Below are positions 29,252 through 37,407 of a DNA stretch of 48,901 nucleotides, in pieces (within the stretch, counting starts at the first letter, position 1; every line of letters starts with the position of its first letter). Location: positions 1 through 48,901 of the forward strand of contig JBBRLQ010000046.1 in assembly GCA_038231275.1 (NCBI GenBank). The letters run 5' to 3'. This stretch comes from Polyangiales bacterium (lineage in GTDB: Bacteria > Myxococcota_A > Polyangia > Polyangiales > Polyangiaceae). The notes below the pieces were generated by a model that had not been told where the DNA came from, did no database searches, and worked only from the letters and a program-made list of their open reading frames with translations. The position numbers were made by a program, and so were the translations under genes.

Positions 29252-30637
29252 TCAGCGCGCCGCGTAAATTCCCTTGTCGGTGGCGAACCAGACCGAGCCG
29301 TCGCCGCCGATCGCTGGGGGGGTGACGATCGCCTCGGCGGGCGTCGTGAACGATTGGCGGATGTTGCCGTCGCGGTCGACGAGACGAAGCTCGCGGCCGA
29401 TGGTGAGGGCGACTTCTCCGCCGTCGAACGCCGTGACGAGCGTGCGCGCGGTGGGCGCTTGCGACCACTGCACCTTGCCGTCTTGAATCGCGGCGAAGCC
29501 GGTCCCCGCCAAGTAGATGCGCCCGCCGCCTCCTTCTACCGGAGGCTGGAGCACCTCGAACGGCACGGTGATTTGCGCCGTGTCGGTGCCTTGGAGCGAC
29601 ACGAGGTGAAGCTTCGTCTTCCACCGCGCGGTCATCTCGCCGAAGCGGAGGAAGAGATCGAGATCCGGCTGGTAGGGGCCGCGCCAGTGCAGATCGTCCA
29701 CCGCCGGAACGCCCTCGGCCTCCAGCAGCGCGATCGTGCTGTCGATGATCGAGACGTCGTAGGGCGCGAACCCGACCTTTGCAGTATGCAACTTCTTGAG
29801 GAACGACTGCGCGTCGGCCTCGGGCGCGTAGACGCGGAGCTCTCCGGACGTCGAGAGCGCGACGATCTCGCTGTTGCGCGTGATGGCGCCGAGACCCCAC
29901 GCGTCCTTCATGACGTCGCCGCCGAGGAGCTTCTTCGCCGGCGAGCCGGGGACGAGGTGGTTGGCGACGAGCTCGAGCTGCTGCGGGGTCCTGTCGCCGT
30001 GGTTGCCCTCCATCGCCTCTTGGTTGACGACGAAGATGGAGTCGGCGGTGACGTGCGTGGCCCACACGCGGCCCGCGCGGCCCAGCGGGACGAAGACGCT
30101 GAGCGCGGCCCGCGTGCCTGTAAAATCGTACTCGTCGAGCGCGTGGAACACGCCGGTGCGCGTCGCGAAGGTGAGCCCGGCCGACGTGCTGCGCGGAACG
30201 CTGCCGACGTGCTTGCCGGACAGATCGAAGATCCACGCCGCGTCGGCCCCGCGAAGGACCAGGTGCCGATCGTCCGGCGCGACCAGCAAGTGCTCGATCC
30301 GCCCGAGAGGCCGAGCGGCGAGCGGCCCCGTGAGCGCGTCGAACGCCACGATGCGCGCGAGCGGCCCGAGCGTGCGACGCGCCACGTGCGTGCGCGAGGC
30401 TCGCGTCCCATCGACCCACGGGGTCACGTAGGCATTGCCGCTGGTCGTCGTGGTCGTCATGGCGTCGGCCTTTGGAGGGGGAGAAGCAGAGGCAGATGGA
30501 GCAAGGCGTGGTGGTTGCGGGGTCTGCGAGGGCGCACCGTCGGAGGGAGTGTCGGGTCCCGCGGTGCCGATCGAGCGCGGCCCCGGCTTGCACGCCGCCA
30601 AGGACAGCGCGAGCACGGCGACGCGCGCGCCGTTCAC
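29252..30637 (-). CDS. lipoprotein with PQQ-like beta-propeller features
   Basis: GTG 30637 (GTGA overlap) gives MNGARVAVLALSLAAC lipobox. C-terminal IVTPPAIGGDGSVWFAT..IYA and DGKVQW are PQQ-repeat-like. Confidence 0.75.
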   Translation of the reverse strand: MNGARVAVLALSLAACKPGPRSIGTAGPDTPSDGAPSQTPQPPRLAPSASASPPPKADAMTTTTTSGNAYVTPWVDGTRASRTHVARRTLGPLARIVAFDALTGPLAARPLGRIEHLLVAPDDRHLVLRGADAAWIFDLSGKHVGSVPRSTSAGLTFATRTGVFHALDEYDFTGTRAALSVFVPLGRAGRVWATHVTADSIFVVNQEAMEGNHGDRTPQQLELVANHLVPGSPAKKLLGGDVMKDAWGLGAITRNSEIVALSTSGELRVYAPEADAQSFLKKLHTAKVGFAPYDVSIIDSTIALLEAEGVPAVDDLHWRGPYQPDLDLFLRFGEMTARWKTKLHLVSLQGTDTAQITVPFEVLQPPVEGGGGRIYLAGTGFAAIQDGKVQWSQAPTARTLVTAFDGGEVALTIGRELRLVDRDGNIRQSFTTPAEAIVTPPAIGGDGSVWFATDKGIYAAR

Positions 30638-33600
30638 GTGTCGCTCACCTTTCGCGTCGGAGCCGGAGCGTCCTTCAGCCACGCGTGGAAGTTGTTCGCC
30701 AAGAACTGAAGGTCCTTCTTCTCGAGCGTCGTGCGAAGTGTCTTCACGTGCGTCGTGGCGTGCTCGGTGAAGGTCGGCTGACCGAGCGCGTACAAGAGGA
30801 GCGACTCGTCGAGCTCGGTCTTGAGGAGCGGAAGCTCGAGCGGCGGCGTCGGCAAGAGCAGCGGGTGCGTCCCTGGACGCGACGCGACGACGTTGACGAA
30901 GATGTGATGCCCGGTCGGCACTGCCGCAGGCGGCGTCGCCCCGGTGAACGTGTTCTCGAGCTCGAAGAGCGGAAAGAAGCACACGAAGATGCGCCGAACG
31001 TGCGGTTTGTCGTGCGACCTTCCGGCGGGCGACCCGGGCGGGTCCATCTCGATGACGAACTGCTTCGTGAAGATGTTCGCGTCTTGGCAGAGCGTCTGGA
31101 TCGACTTGAAGACGACCGCCTGCCCCATCGCGTTATTGTCGGCCGCCGTGAGGCGCACCATGAACTTGATGCGAATCATCAAGAGGCCGTCGTAGATCTT
31201 CGCGGCCGGCGTGGCGGAGCCGATGTCGGCCACGGCCTTCTTGTACATCCGCTCGACCACCGCCTCGTCCTTGCCCATGCTGTAGAGGGATGCCTCGCAG
31301 CGGTTCGAGGCGTGCACCGCGAAGCCGGGGAAGATGGCCTTGTACGGATCGGGGTTGCCAGGAATCAGCTCGCAGAACGGGCGCTCGTAGACCATCTTGC
31401 CGCCGGTCGCGGGCGCGAGATTCAGCGGGAAATAAGGCTTCGCGTCGACCATCTTCGCGAAGTCGGCGCGCTCGGTGACGGCGCTCGCGTAGCCCCAGTA
31501 GTGGCGGAGGCGCGGCTTGTTGTTGCTGTTCATCACCGACGGCCCGTCGGTCCCGAACGGGCGCGTCGCGGCGCTGTCGACCGCGTACTGGTTCCACGAC
31601 GCGTAGGAGCGACCGATCGTCGGATGGCCTTCGATGTAGTCGTCGGGCCACCCGAGGACGTGGCCCATCTCGTGAGCGAGCGTGAAGCGGTTGGTGCCTG
31701 CGTCCTGCCCCGTCTCGGCGTCGTCGGGCGGCGCCCACACTGGGCCGATGTCCCCTTTGAACATCGTGACGGTGTGCGTGCTGCAATTCGCCCCCGCGCG
31801 CGCCAACGGATCGGCCGACTTCGTGTAAAGGATCCGCATCGCGTTGGTGAAGGTCTTCGGGACCTCGGCGAAGAAGTGCCGGACGCGCACGACGCGTGCG
31901 TTCGCGGCGACCGCGCCATCGGGGGCCAGCACCAGCTCCGCCGGCTTGCGATTGGCAGGCGGCTGGTTGGGGTGCGCCGGGTGCGTCTGATCCCAGCGCT
32001 CGGCGGCGGCGTTCAGGAATGGAAACGCGTTCTCGCCGTCGGCGCCGATCTGGTTGTCGAAGAAGATCGGCACCCACGACAAGAGGTGGACGAGCTTCAC
32101 GTCGGTCCCGCCGACCTGGTGCTTCACGTCGTCGGAGACGTCGATGAGGTGCTGAAGCGACCGGCCCTTCGGCTGCCCGAGAAAATCCGGCATCGTCGGG
32201 TTGCCCGTGAGCAAATCGACCATGCGGTGTTGGTCGTCGAAGTCGTTGGCGAGCGCGGCGAGCGCGCCGACGCCGTCGGTCTTTCCGAACGCCGCGCCGG
32301 CCGACGCCTGGATGCGCTTCTCGCGCAGCGAATAGACGATCCCTTCGTGGAACACGATGCGCGTGACGCGATCGACGCCCTCGCCGCCCAGGATGACGGC
32401 GTCCTCCGCGGGGAGGTAGTTGCGCGGGAGCTTCGTCTTCCAGTAGTGCGGCTTCTTGGGATCGGGCTCGCGGATGTGGAGCAGGTGATCGAGGAGCGTG
32501 ACGCGCGCGTCCTTCTTCAGCTTGATGGGGTCGAAGGTGCCGGCGGCGAGGAGCGCGTCGTCGAGGTGGAACTGGAGCGGCTCCTTCTTCGTCGTCGCCT
32601 CGGTGCGCATCGCCGAGAACTCTTTTCGCTGCGGGAAGCCGTGGCCGTCCTCCTTGGTCCACGCCTGCATGCCCTTGGAGTGCCACTCACGGGGCAGGAG
32701 GTACCGCTCCTCGCGTTTGACGCTCGGCTCGGTCGATCTGATCGTGACCTTGTCCTTCGCCGCCGCCTTCGAGAGATCGATGGTGGCGTGCGACGTCGAG
32801 CCTGCGGTCCCCGTGAGGAAGACGTAGTCGAACGTCGACTTGGCGAGATTCGCCTTCGTGCGCTCGTGGAGGAGGTACACGGTGCCGTCGTCGTCGAGCG
32901 CGGTGCCACCGGCGGTGCGGCTGTCCGATCCGGTCGCGGGACCACTGAGCGCCCGCGTGCCCATCGCCTGCACGACCAGACCCGGCGGCACGGGCTTTCG
33001 CTGCTTCGCCTTGAGATCGTAATACGAGTAGCGGACGTACGAGCGGAAGAGACCCTGATCGACCTGCACGAGCCACGGCTTGCTCGGCTCGCCGTACGCG
33101 CGGAGCTCGAGATCGTCATAGACGAGGACGCCGGAGGTGCCGAATTTCGTCTTCTTCGGCGACTCCTTGAAGCCACCTTGCTTCACCTTCATGAAGCTCG
33201 CCCACAAAGGCAGGCGCAGGAGCTTGCGCTTCTCGACGAGCGCCACGTCCTTGAAATTCACCCACTCCATCTTCTCGAGATCGAGCCACGCGTCGCCGCG
33301 CGCGACGTCTGCCGTGGGCACGAATGCGCCCTTTCCGTCGGGAGCGAGCGGCCGCCACGCGAGCGCCCACGTGCTTCCGGCGACCTCCTCTTTCCCGTCG
33401 AGGGTGAAGTTGATCCACGAGACGCCGTCGGTCTGGCTCGGCTCGCCGAGGACCGGCGGCACGCTGCGATCGGAGACGCAGAAGATGTAGAACTGGTGGA
33501 TGGGGAGCGGCTGATCGCTGTCCTTGATGGGGTGGAAGAATTGCCCCTTCAGGATGAAGCGCGCGCGGCCGAGCGGGACGACGTACGCGCCCGCGGCGGC

Positions 33601-33651
33601 ACCGCCAGACGCGCCGGTCGGCATGAACGTGTTCGGGAGCGGATCGGTCAC
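30634..33651 (-). CDS. large protein with zinc metallopeptidase (HExxH) domain
   Basis: TLAHEMGHVLGWPDDY (HExxHxxGxxD) and a downstream SVM Met-turn-like motif. No signal peptide. Confidence 0.75.
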   Translation of the reverse strand: MTDPLPNTFMPTGASGGAAAGAYVVPLGRARFILKGQFFHPIKDSDQPLPIHQFYIFCVSDRSVPPVLGEPSQTDGVSWINFTLDGKEEVAGSTWALAWRPLAPDGKGAFVPTADVARGDAWLDLEKMEWVNFKDVALVEKRKLLRLPLWASFMKVKQGGFKESPKKTKFGTSGVLVYDDLELRAYGEPSKPWLVQVDQGLFRSYVRYSYYDLKAKQRKPVPPGLVVQAMGTRALSGPATGSDSRTAGGTALDDDGTVYLLHERTKANLAKSTFDYVFLTGTAGSTSHATIDLSKAAAKDKVTIRSTEPSVKREERYLLPREWHSKGMQAWTKEDGHGFPQRKEFSAMRTEATTKKEPLQFHLDDALLAAGTFDPIKLKKDARVTLLDHLLHIREPDPKKPHYWKTKLPRNYLPAEDAVILGGEGVDRVTRIVFHEGIVYSLREKRIQASAGAAFGKTDGVGALAALANDFDDQHRMVDLLTGNPTMPDFLGQPKGRSLQHLIDVSDDVKHQVGGTDVKLVHLLSWVPIFFDNQIGADGENAFPFLNAAAERWDQTHPAHPNQPPANRKPAELVLAPDGAVAANARVVRVRHFFAEVPKTFTNAMRILYTKSADPLARAGANCSTHTVTMFKGDIGPVWAPPDDAETGQDAGTNRFTLAHEMGHVLGWPDDYIEGHPTIGRSYASWNQYAVDSAATRPFGTDGPSVMNSNNKPRLRHYWGYASAVTERADFAKMVDAKPYFPLNLAPATGGKMVYERPFCELIPGNPDPYKAIFPGFAVHASNRCEASLYSMGKDEAVVERMYKKAVADIGSATPAAKIYDGLLMIRIKFMVRLTAADNNAMGQAVVFKSIQTLCQDANIFTKQFVIEMDPPGSPAGRSHDKPHVRRIFVCFFPLFELENTFTGATPPAAVPTGHHIFVNVVASRPGTHPLLLPTPPLELPLLKTELDESLLLYALGQPTFTEHATTHVKTLRTTLEKKDLQFLANNFHAWLKDAPAPTRKVSDT

Positions 33652-35603
33652 GGCGCGCCTCCGTCCGCGTCAGTCGGCTCCGGCGCGCCGACGTCTTCGG
33701 CGGGGGCATCCTTGTTGTCGATCCAATATTCGTTGAGCGTCCCCGAGTCGCCCATCTCCGCGTGCTCGGCGGCCTTCACCCGCTCTTGGAGCTCTGGCAG
33801 CTTCGCGAACTCGAACAATTCGTACGGGTCGCCATCGTCGTTGCAGACGACCTTGTACGCGTGCGTGAGCGGCAGGTGCTCGAAGAAAATCTCCACGCGC
33901 TCCTTGTCGTTTGCGCGGCCGTCGCTGGCGAGCTTCTTTTCCCGCTTGATCGTGCCGTCGTCGCTCTCGAGGACGTACGTGTGCGGGAGATCGTCGGCCT
34001 CCTTCAGCTTGATGGGGAAGCGCAAAATGAGATCGTGGCTCAGGTCCGCGCCGCCCTGGCACGGGCATTTTTTGGCGACGGTCTTGTAGGCCGAGCAGCG
34101 GTACGGCGGGTTGTCGGGATCGGACACCGTCGGGAGCGGGCCGGACTTCGACTTGCACGGCCCGAGGCTGCGCAGCTTGCACGGAAGCGCCTTCGGTCCC
34201 GCGGCGCCGTCGAACACGAACACGACGGCGCGGCGGCTCTCGCGATCCTTTACGCTGATGCTGAGCGGATTGAACTCGCCGCAGCCCATGAAGGGCGCGT
34301 CGCCGATCTTCTCGAATTTGCCCTTGGGGATGGGCTTCCTCGTGACGCGCTTGGCGTACGCGAGGAAGAGCTCTTTGCGGCCCGCCTTGCCGAGGAAGTC
34401 CGCCGGAGGGAGCGGCGCTTGCTCGGCGGGCTTGTCCGGGTAGTCGCCGGCCTGGAAGCGGCGGATGGCCTGCTTGGTGGCCGCGTCGCGCACGCCGTTC
34501 TCGGGCACCGCGTGGCCGGCGTCGTCGGTGACGCCGAGCGCGTTCATCATGTGCTGCGCCTCTTCGAGGTCCCACTTCTCTTTCCAATTCGGGCCGTCGG
34601 CGGTGCCGGAGTAGAGTTCCTCCCACGCGTCGGCGTCGTGCGTGAAGAGCGCGAAGACGGCCTTGGCGCGGCGCTCGGAAAGCTCCTTGTTCAGCGCGTC
34701 GGGGCCCGCGAGATCGGTGTGGCCGAAGACCATGCCCTTGCGACCGTCGTCGGCCGACAAATCCTCGGCGATCCCTGCAAGCGTCTCGGTCGCGTCGCGC
34801 TTCACGAAGCTTCGACCGAAGGAGAAATGCGCGCCCGGAATCTCGTGGCACTTGAAGTACGGCGTGATGACGAGCGTGCGGGGGACCGTGCACTCGAGGG
34901 ACACCGGCTGCGTCACGCCGTCGCCGATTTCGCGGACGATGGACGTGGGATCCGTGATTTTCTTCGGATCGCGCGGCTCCTTCCAGCGCGGGCGGAGCTT
35001 CTCGCGCGCGGCGTCGAGGCTGACGACCGCGGCAGACGCGAAGCCGGCGGCGACCCCGTCGATGCGCGCGATGCCTGCGCCGTTCGTGGTGACGACGCGC
35101 TTCGCGCCGAGGACAATGTACGCGATGTCGAGGCCGTCGATCGCGTCGCCGACCTCGTCGACGACCTCGAGCGAGAACCACGTCGTGTCGATCGCCGTCG
35201 GCGGGGGCGCGCGGAGCGGTGGCGGCGTCGCGACGCTCGGGGCGTGAACCGGCGCGGGCATCGCGAGGCCCGAGTCCAGCTCTTCGACGCGCAGGCGTCC
35301 GTCGCGCGTCGCGTCGACGAGGGCGTGCTCGATCTCGCGCCAGTGCGGCCCCGTAGCCGGTACGTCGAGATCGGCGACCTGTCCCGAGAGCGCTCCGTAC
35401 ATCGCGACGATAGCGCGCCCCAGCTCGTCGCCGCCGGAGTGCGACGCCGCGAAGAAGACGAGCGAGCGGATCGCCAGCGGGCCTCCCTGCGCGGCGCGCG
35501 CGGGCTGCGGCGTGCGCGACTCGTCGGAGGTCGGCAGCCACACGCGCCAGGACCGCCCGAAGTTGTCCCGGAACGCCCACTCCCTCTGGCCGCGCAGTCC
35601 CAC
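33648..35603 (-). CDS. OmpA-C-like protein with inserted peptidoglycan-binding domain and beta-sandwich modules
   Basis: GHTDLAG..NKELSERRAKAV ... GCGEFNP..SRRAVVFVF, split by AQHMMNALG..NGVRDAATKQAIRRFQ. Upstream WFSLEVVDEVG..TTNGAGIAR module. Start uncertain. Confidence 0.8.
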   Translation of the reverse strand: MGLRGQREWAFRDNFGRSWRVWLPTSDESRTPQPARAAQGGPLAIRSLVFFAASHSGGDELGRAIVAMYGALSGQVADLDVPATGPHWREIEHALVDATRDGRLRVEELDSGLAMPAPVHAPSVATPPPLRAPPPTAIDTTWFSLEVVDEVGDAIDGLDIAYIVLGAKRVVTTNGAGIARIDGVAAGFASAAVVSLDAAREKLRPRWKEPRDPKKITDPTSIVREIGDGVTQPVSLECTVPRTLVITPYFKCHEIPGAHFSFGRSFVKRDATETLAGIAEDLSADDGRKGMVFGHTDLAGPDALNKELSERRAKAVFALFTHDADAWEELYSGTADGPNWKEKWDLEEAQHMMNALGVTDDAGHAVPENGVRDAATKQAIRRFQAGDYPDKPAEQAPLPPADFLGKAGRKELFLAYAKRVTRKPIPKGKFEKIGDAPFMGCGEFNPLSISVKDRESRRAVVFVFDGAAGPKALPCKLRSLGPCKSKSGPLPTVSDPDNPPYRCSAYKTVAKKCPCQGGADLSHDLILRFPIKLKEADDLPHTYVLESDDGTIKREKKLASDGRANDKERVEIFFEHLPLTHAYKVVCNDDGDPYELFEFAKLPELQERVKAAEHAEMGDSGTLNEYWIDNKDAPAEDVGAPEPTDADGGAP

Positions 35604-35606
35604 GCG

Positions 35607-35895
35607 TGCAGGCTAAATCACCGAACCTGATTCTCGTTCGAGAATCAGGCTCGGCGCTTTAGATCCAACCCAAGTGGGGCGACACCCCCTCGTCGCGGTC
35701 GCGACGAGCCTCCCCATCATCGCCTTCGGCGACTCGTGCTTTGCACGAGAAATCACGCTCAATCTCTCCCCGTGCGTCCGCACGGGCTGCCGAAGGCACG
35801 TGGGGTGGTTCCGACGCGCAGCGGCGGAGGGGCGAAGCCCCACAAGACGGAAACTAAATGAGGGAGCATCATCAGCTCCCTCATTTAGCCATGCA
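35607..35895. repeat. multi-hairpin palindromic intergenic element (MITE/REPIN-like or structured RNA)
   Basis: Terminal IR TGCAGGCTAAAT / ATTTAGCCATGCA. Perfect 11-bp (35626-35649) and 14-bp (35854-35888) hairpins flank an ~170-bp imperfect inverted duplication. Confidence 0.8.
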
Positions 35896-35954
35896 CACCC
35901 GTCGCGCATAGGTCCCCAAATGGATGACACGGCGTGGCGCGCGCCGATCGCGCG

Positions 35955-37370
35955 TCACACCGGGCGCGTTCTACGCAGAAAATCACGGAGAACGGCGAGG
36001 GTCTCGTACACGACGCCCTCTTGGTACCGGTACGCCATCTCTTGCCCCATCGGCACGAGGACGGACAACGACTGCCTCCGCGACCGCGCCGCCAGCTCCT
36101 CGAGCTCGCGGACGATCTCCTCGATCCGCGCGCGGTGAGCCGGAGTGTCGTGCGCGTGCGCCGCCTCTTCGGGGGTCGCGCGGGCGATGTCACCGAGCGT
36201 CGTCGTCGGACCGAACAGCGCGCCCAGCTCGGCTTCGAGCTTCACGCGCGCCGCGTCGATCCGCCACAGACGAAAGCGGTGCCCGAAGCCCATCGCGTTA
36301 AAGAGGAGGCTCACGGCCATCAGGATGTACGCCCAGTTCGCCGGCGGCATCACGTCGACGAGCCACGGCACGTACTCGTCGGCGAGCTCCGGCCCCTCTT
36401 GGTCGAAGAAACCGCGCGCGGCCGAGGCGAGCGGGAGGCCGGTCGTATTGGCCGTCTCCTTGTTGTGGCGGATGAAGTCGGGGAAGCGGCGTGACAGCAC
36501 GGTCATGAGATCGAGCGTCGCCGAGCGGCCCGCGCAGCCGTTGCCGAGGACGAGCGTCTCGAGGCGCAGGACGCGCTTGTCCTCGTTGGGGATCATGTGG
36601 ACGACGTCGAACTGTCCCGCCCCGATTCGTCCGGTGCGGAGGTGGGGGATGCGCCGCGCGATCACGTCGGCGTGCGCCAGGCCCACGATTTGAAGCTCGC
36701 CCGCGCGGAGCGTCTGCCCGAGCCACGGCGCGTCCTCGTCGACGACGACGAGCGCCGCGTCGAGCCGCCCATCCTTCGCCATCGCCACCGCGTCGGGCGT
36801 CGCGACGTGCCTCAGGTCCACGCCGAGCGCCGCGAGGTCCGGGAGACCGAACACTTGTTGCGCGAGCCGGGCCGACGCGCTCCCTTCGAGGCCGACGCCA
36901 ATCTTCGCGTGCGCGAGCGCGGCGGCACCGGCGATCGTGTCGCCGTTCTTCGCGAGGAGGAACACGCTGTCCGATTTGGCGAGGCGGCCGATGAGCTCGA
37001 GGCCACCTTGCGCGTCGATCTCGCCGTCCTGCGCGAGCGCGAAGGCCGTGTCGCACGATCCGCGCGCCGCGCGAAGGCGCTCCACGTTCTCGAACGAGCC
37101 TGCGCTCGGAACGTTCACGAGCTTGCCGCTCCCCTTCGCCGCGACGTCGGCGAGCTCCGCCACCAGCGCGTTCGCGCTCCCGTCGGCCGGCCCCGAGAGC
37201 ATCCGCGCGTCGAGTCGGTGCAAATTGCGATGGAGGTTCAACTGCGACACGATCGCCGCAAGCGCGAGAAGCAGGAGGACGCCCGCGCCGATGCGGACGA
37301 GCACCGTGCTCCAGTGGTGCGCGCGCGCGCCGGCCTTCGGGACGAGCTGCCGGTCGAGGTTCTTGCTCAC
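35955..37370 (-). CDS. TAXI-family solute-binding-like membrane protein
   Basis: N-terminal TM, SAGSFENVERL, ALAQDG, IGVGLEGS, GRLDAALVV, PLASAARGFF, then a C-terminal TM and cytoplasmic tail. Confidence 0.75.
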   Translation of the reverse strand: MSKNLDRQLVPKAGARAHHWSTVLVRIGAGVLLLLALAAIVSQLNLHRNLHRLDARMLSGPADGSANALVAELADVAAKGSGKLVNVPSAGSFENVERLRAARGSCDTAFALAQDGEIDAQGGLELIGRLAKSDSVFLLAKNGDTIAGAAALAHAKIGVGLEGSASARLAQQVFGLPDLAALGVDLRHVATPDAVAMAKDGRLDAALVVVDEDAPWLGQTLRAGELQIVGLAHADVIARRIPHLRTGRIGAGQFDVVHMIPNEDKRVLRLETLVLGNGCAGRSATLDLMTVLSRRFPDFIRHNKETANTTGLPLASAARGFFDQEGPELADEYVPWLVDVMPPANWAYILMAVSLLFNAMGFGHRFRLWRIDAARVKLEAELGALFGPTTTLGDIARATPEEAAHAHDTPAHRARIEEIVRELEELAARSRRQSLSVLVPMGQEMAYRYQEGVVYETLAVLRDFLRRTRPV

Positions 37371-37407
37371 GCCGCCAGCCTCCTCTGCCGTCGCCCCCGC
37401 CCCGCGC

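Noticed and set aside
27305..34089. 1134-aa and 1205-aa plus-strand ORFs
   Set aside because: Antisense to motif-bearing minus-strand genes, with Arg/Ala-rich shadow composition.
35607..35895. Element as CRISPR array, integron attC, tRNA or simple terminator; ORFs 35613-35930 and 35674-36138
   Set aside because: No repeat-spacer periodicity, the ends are CTAAAT/ATTTAG rather than RYYYAAC/GTTRRRY, there is no cloverleaf or U-tract, and the ORFs lack coding features.
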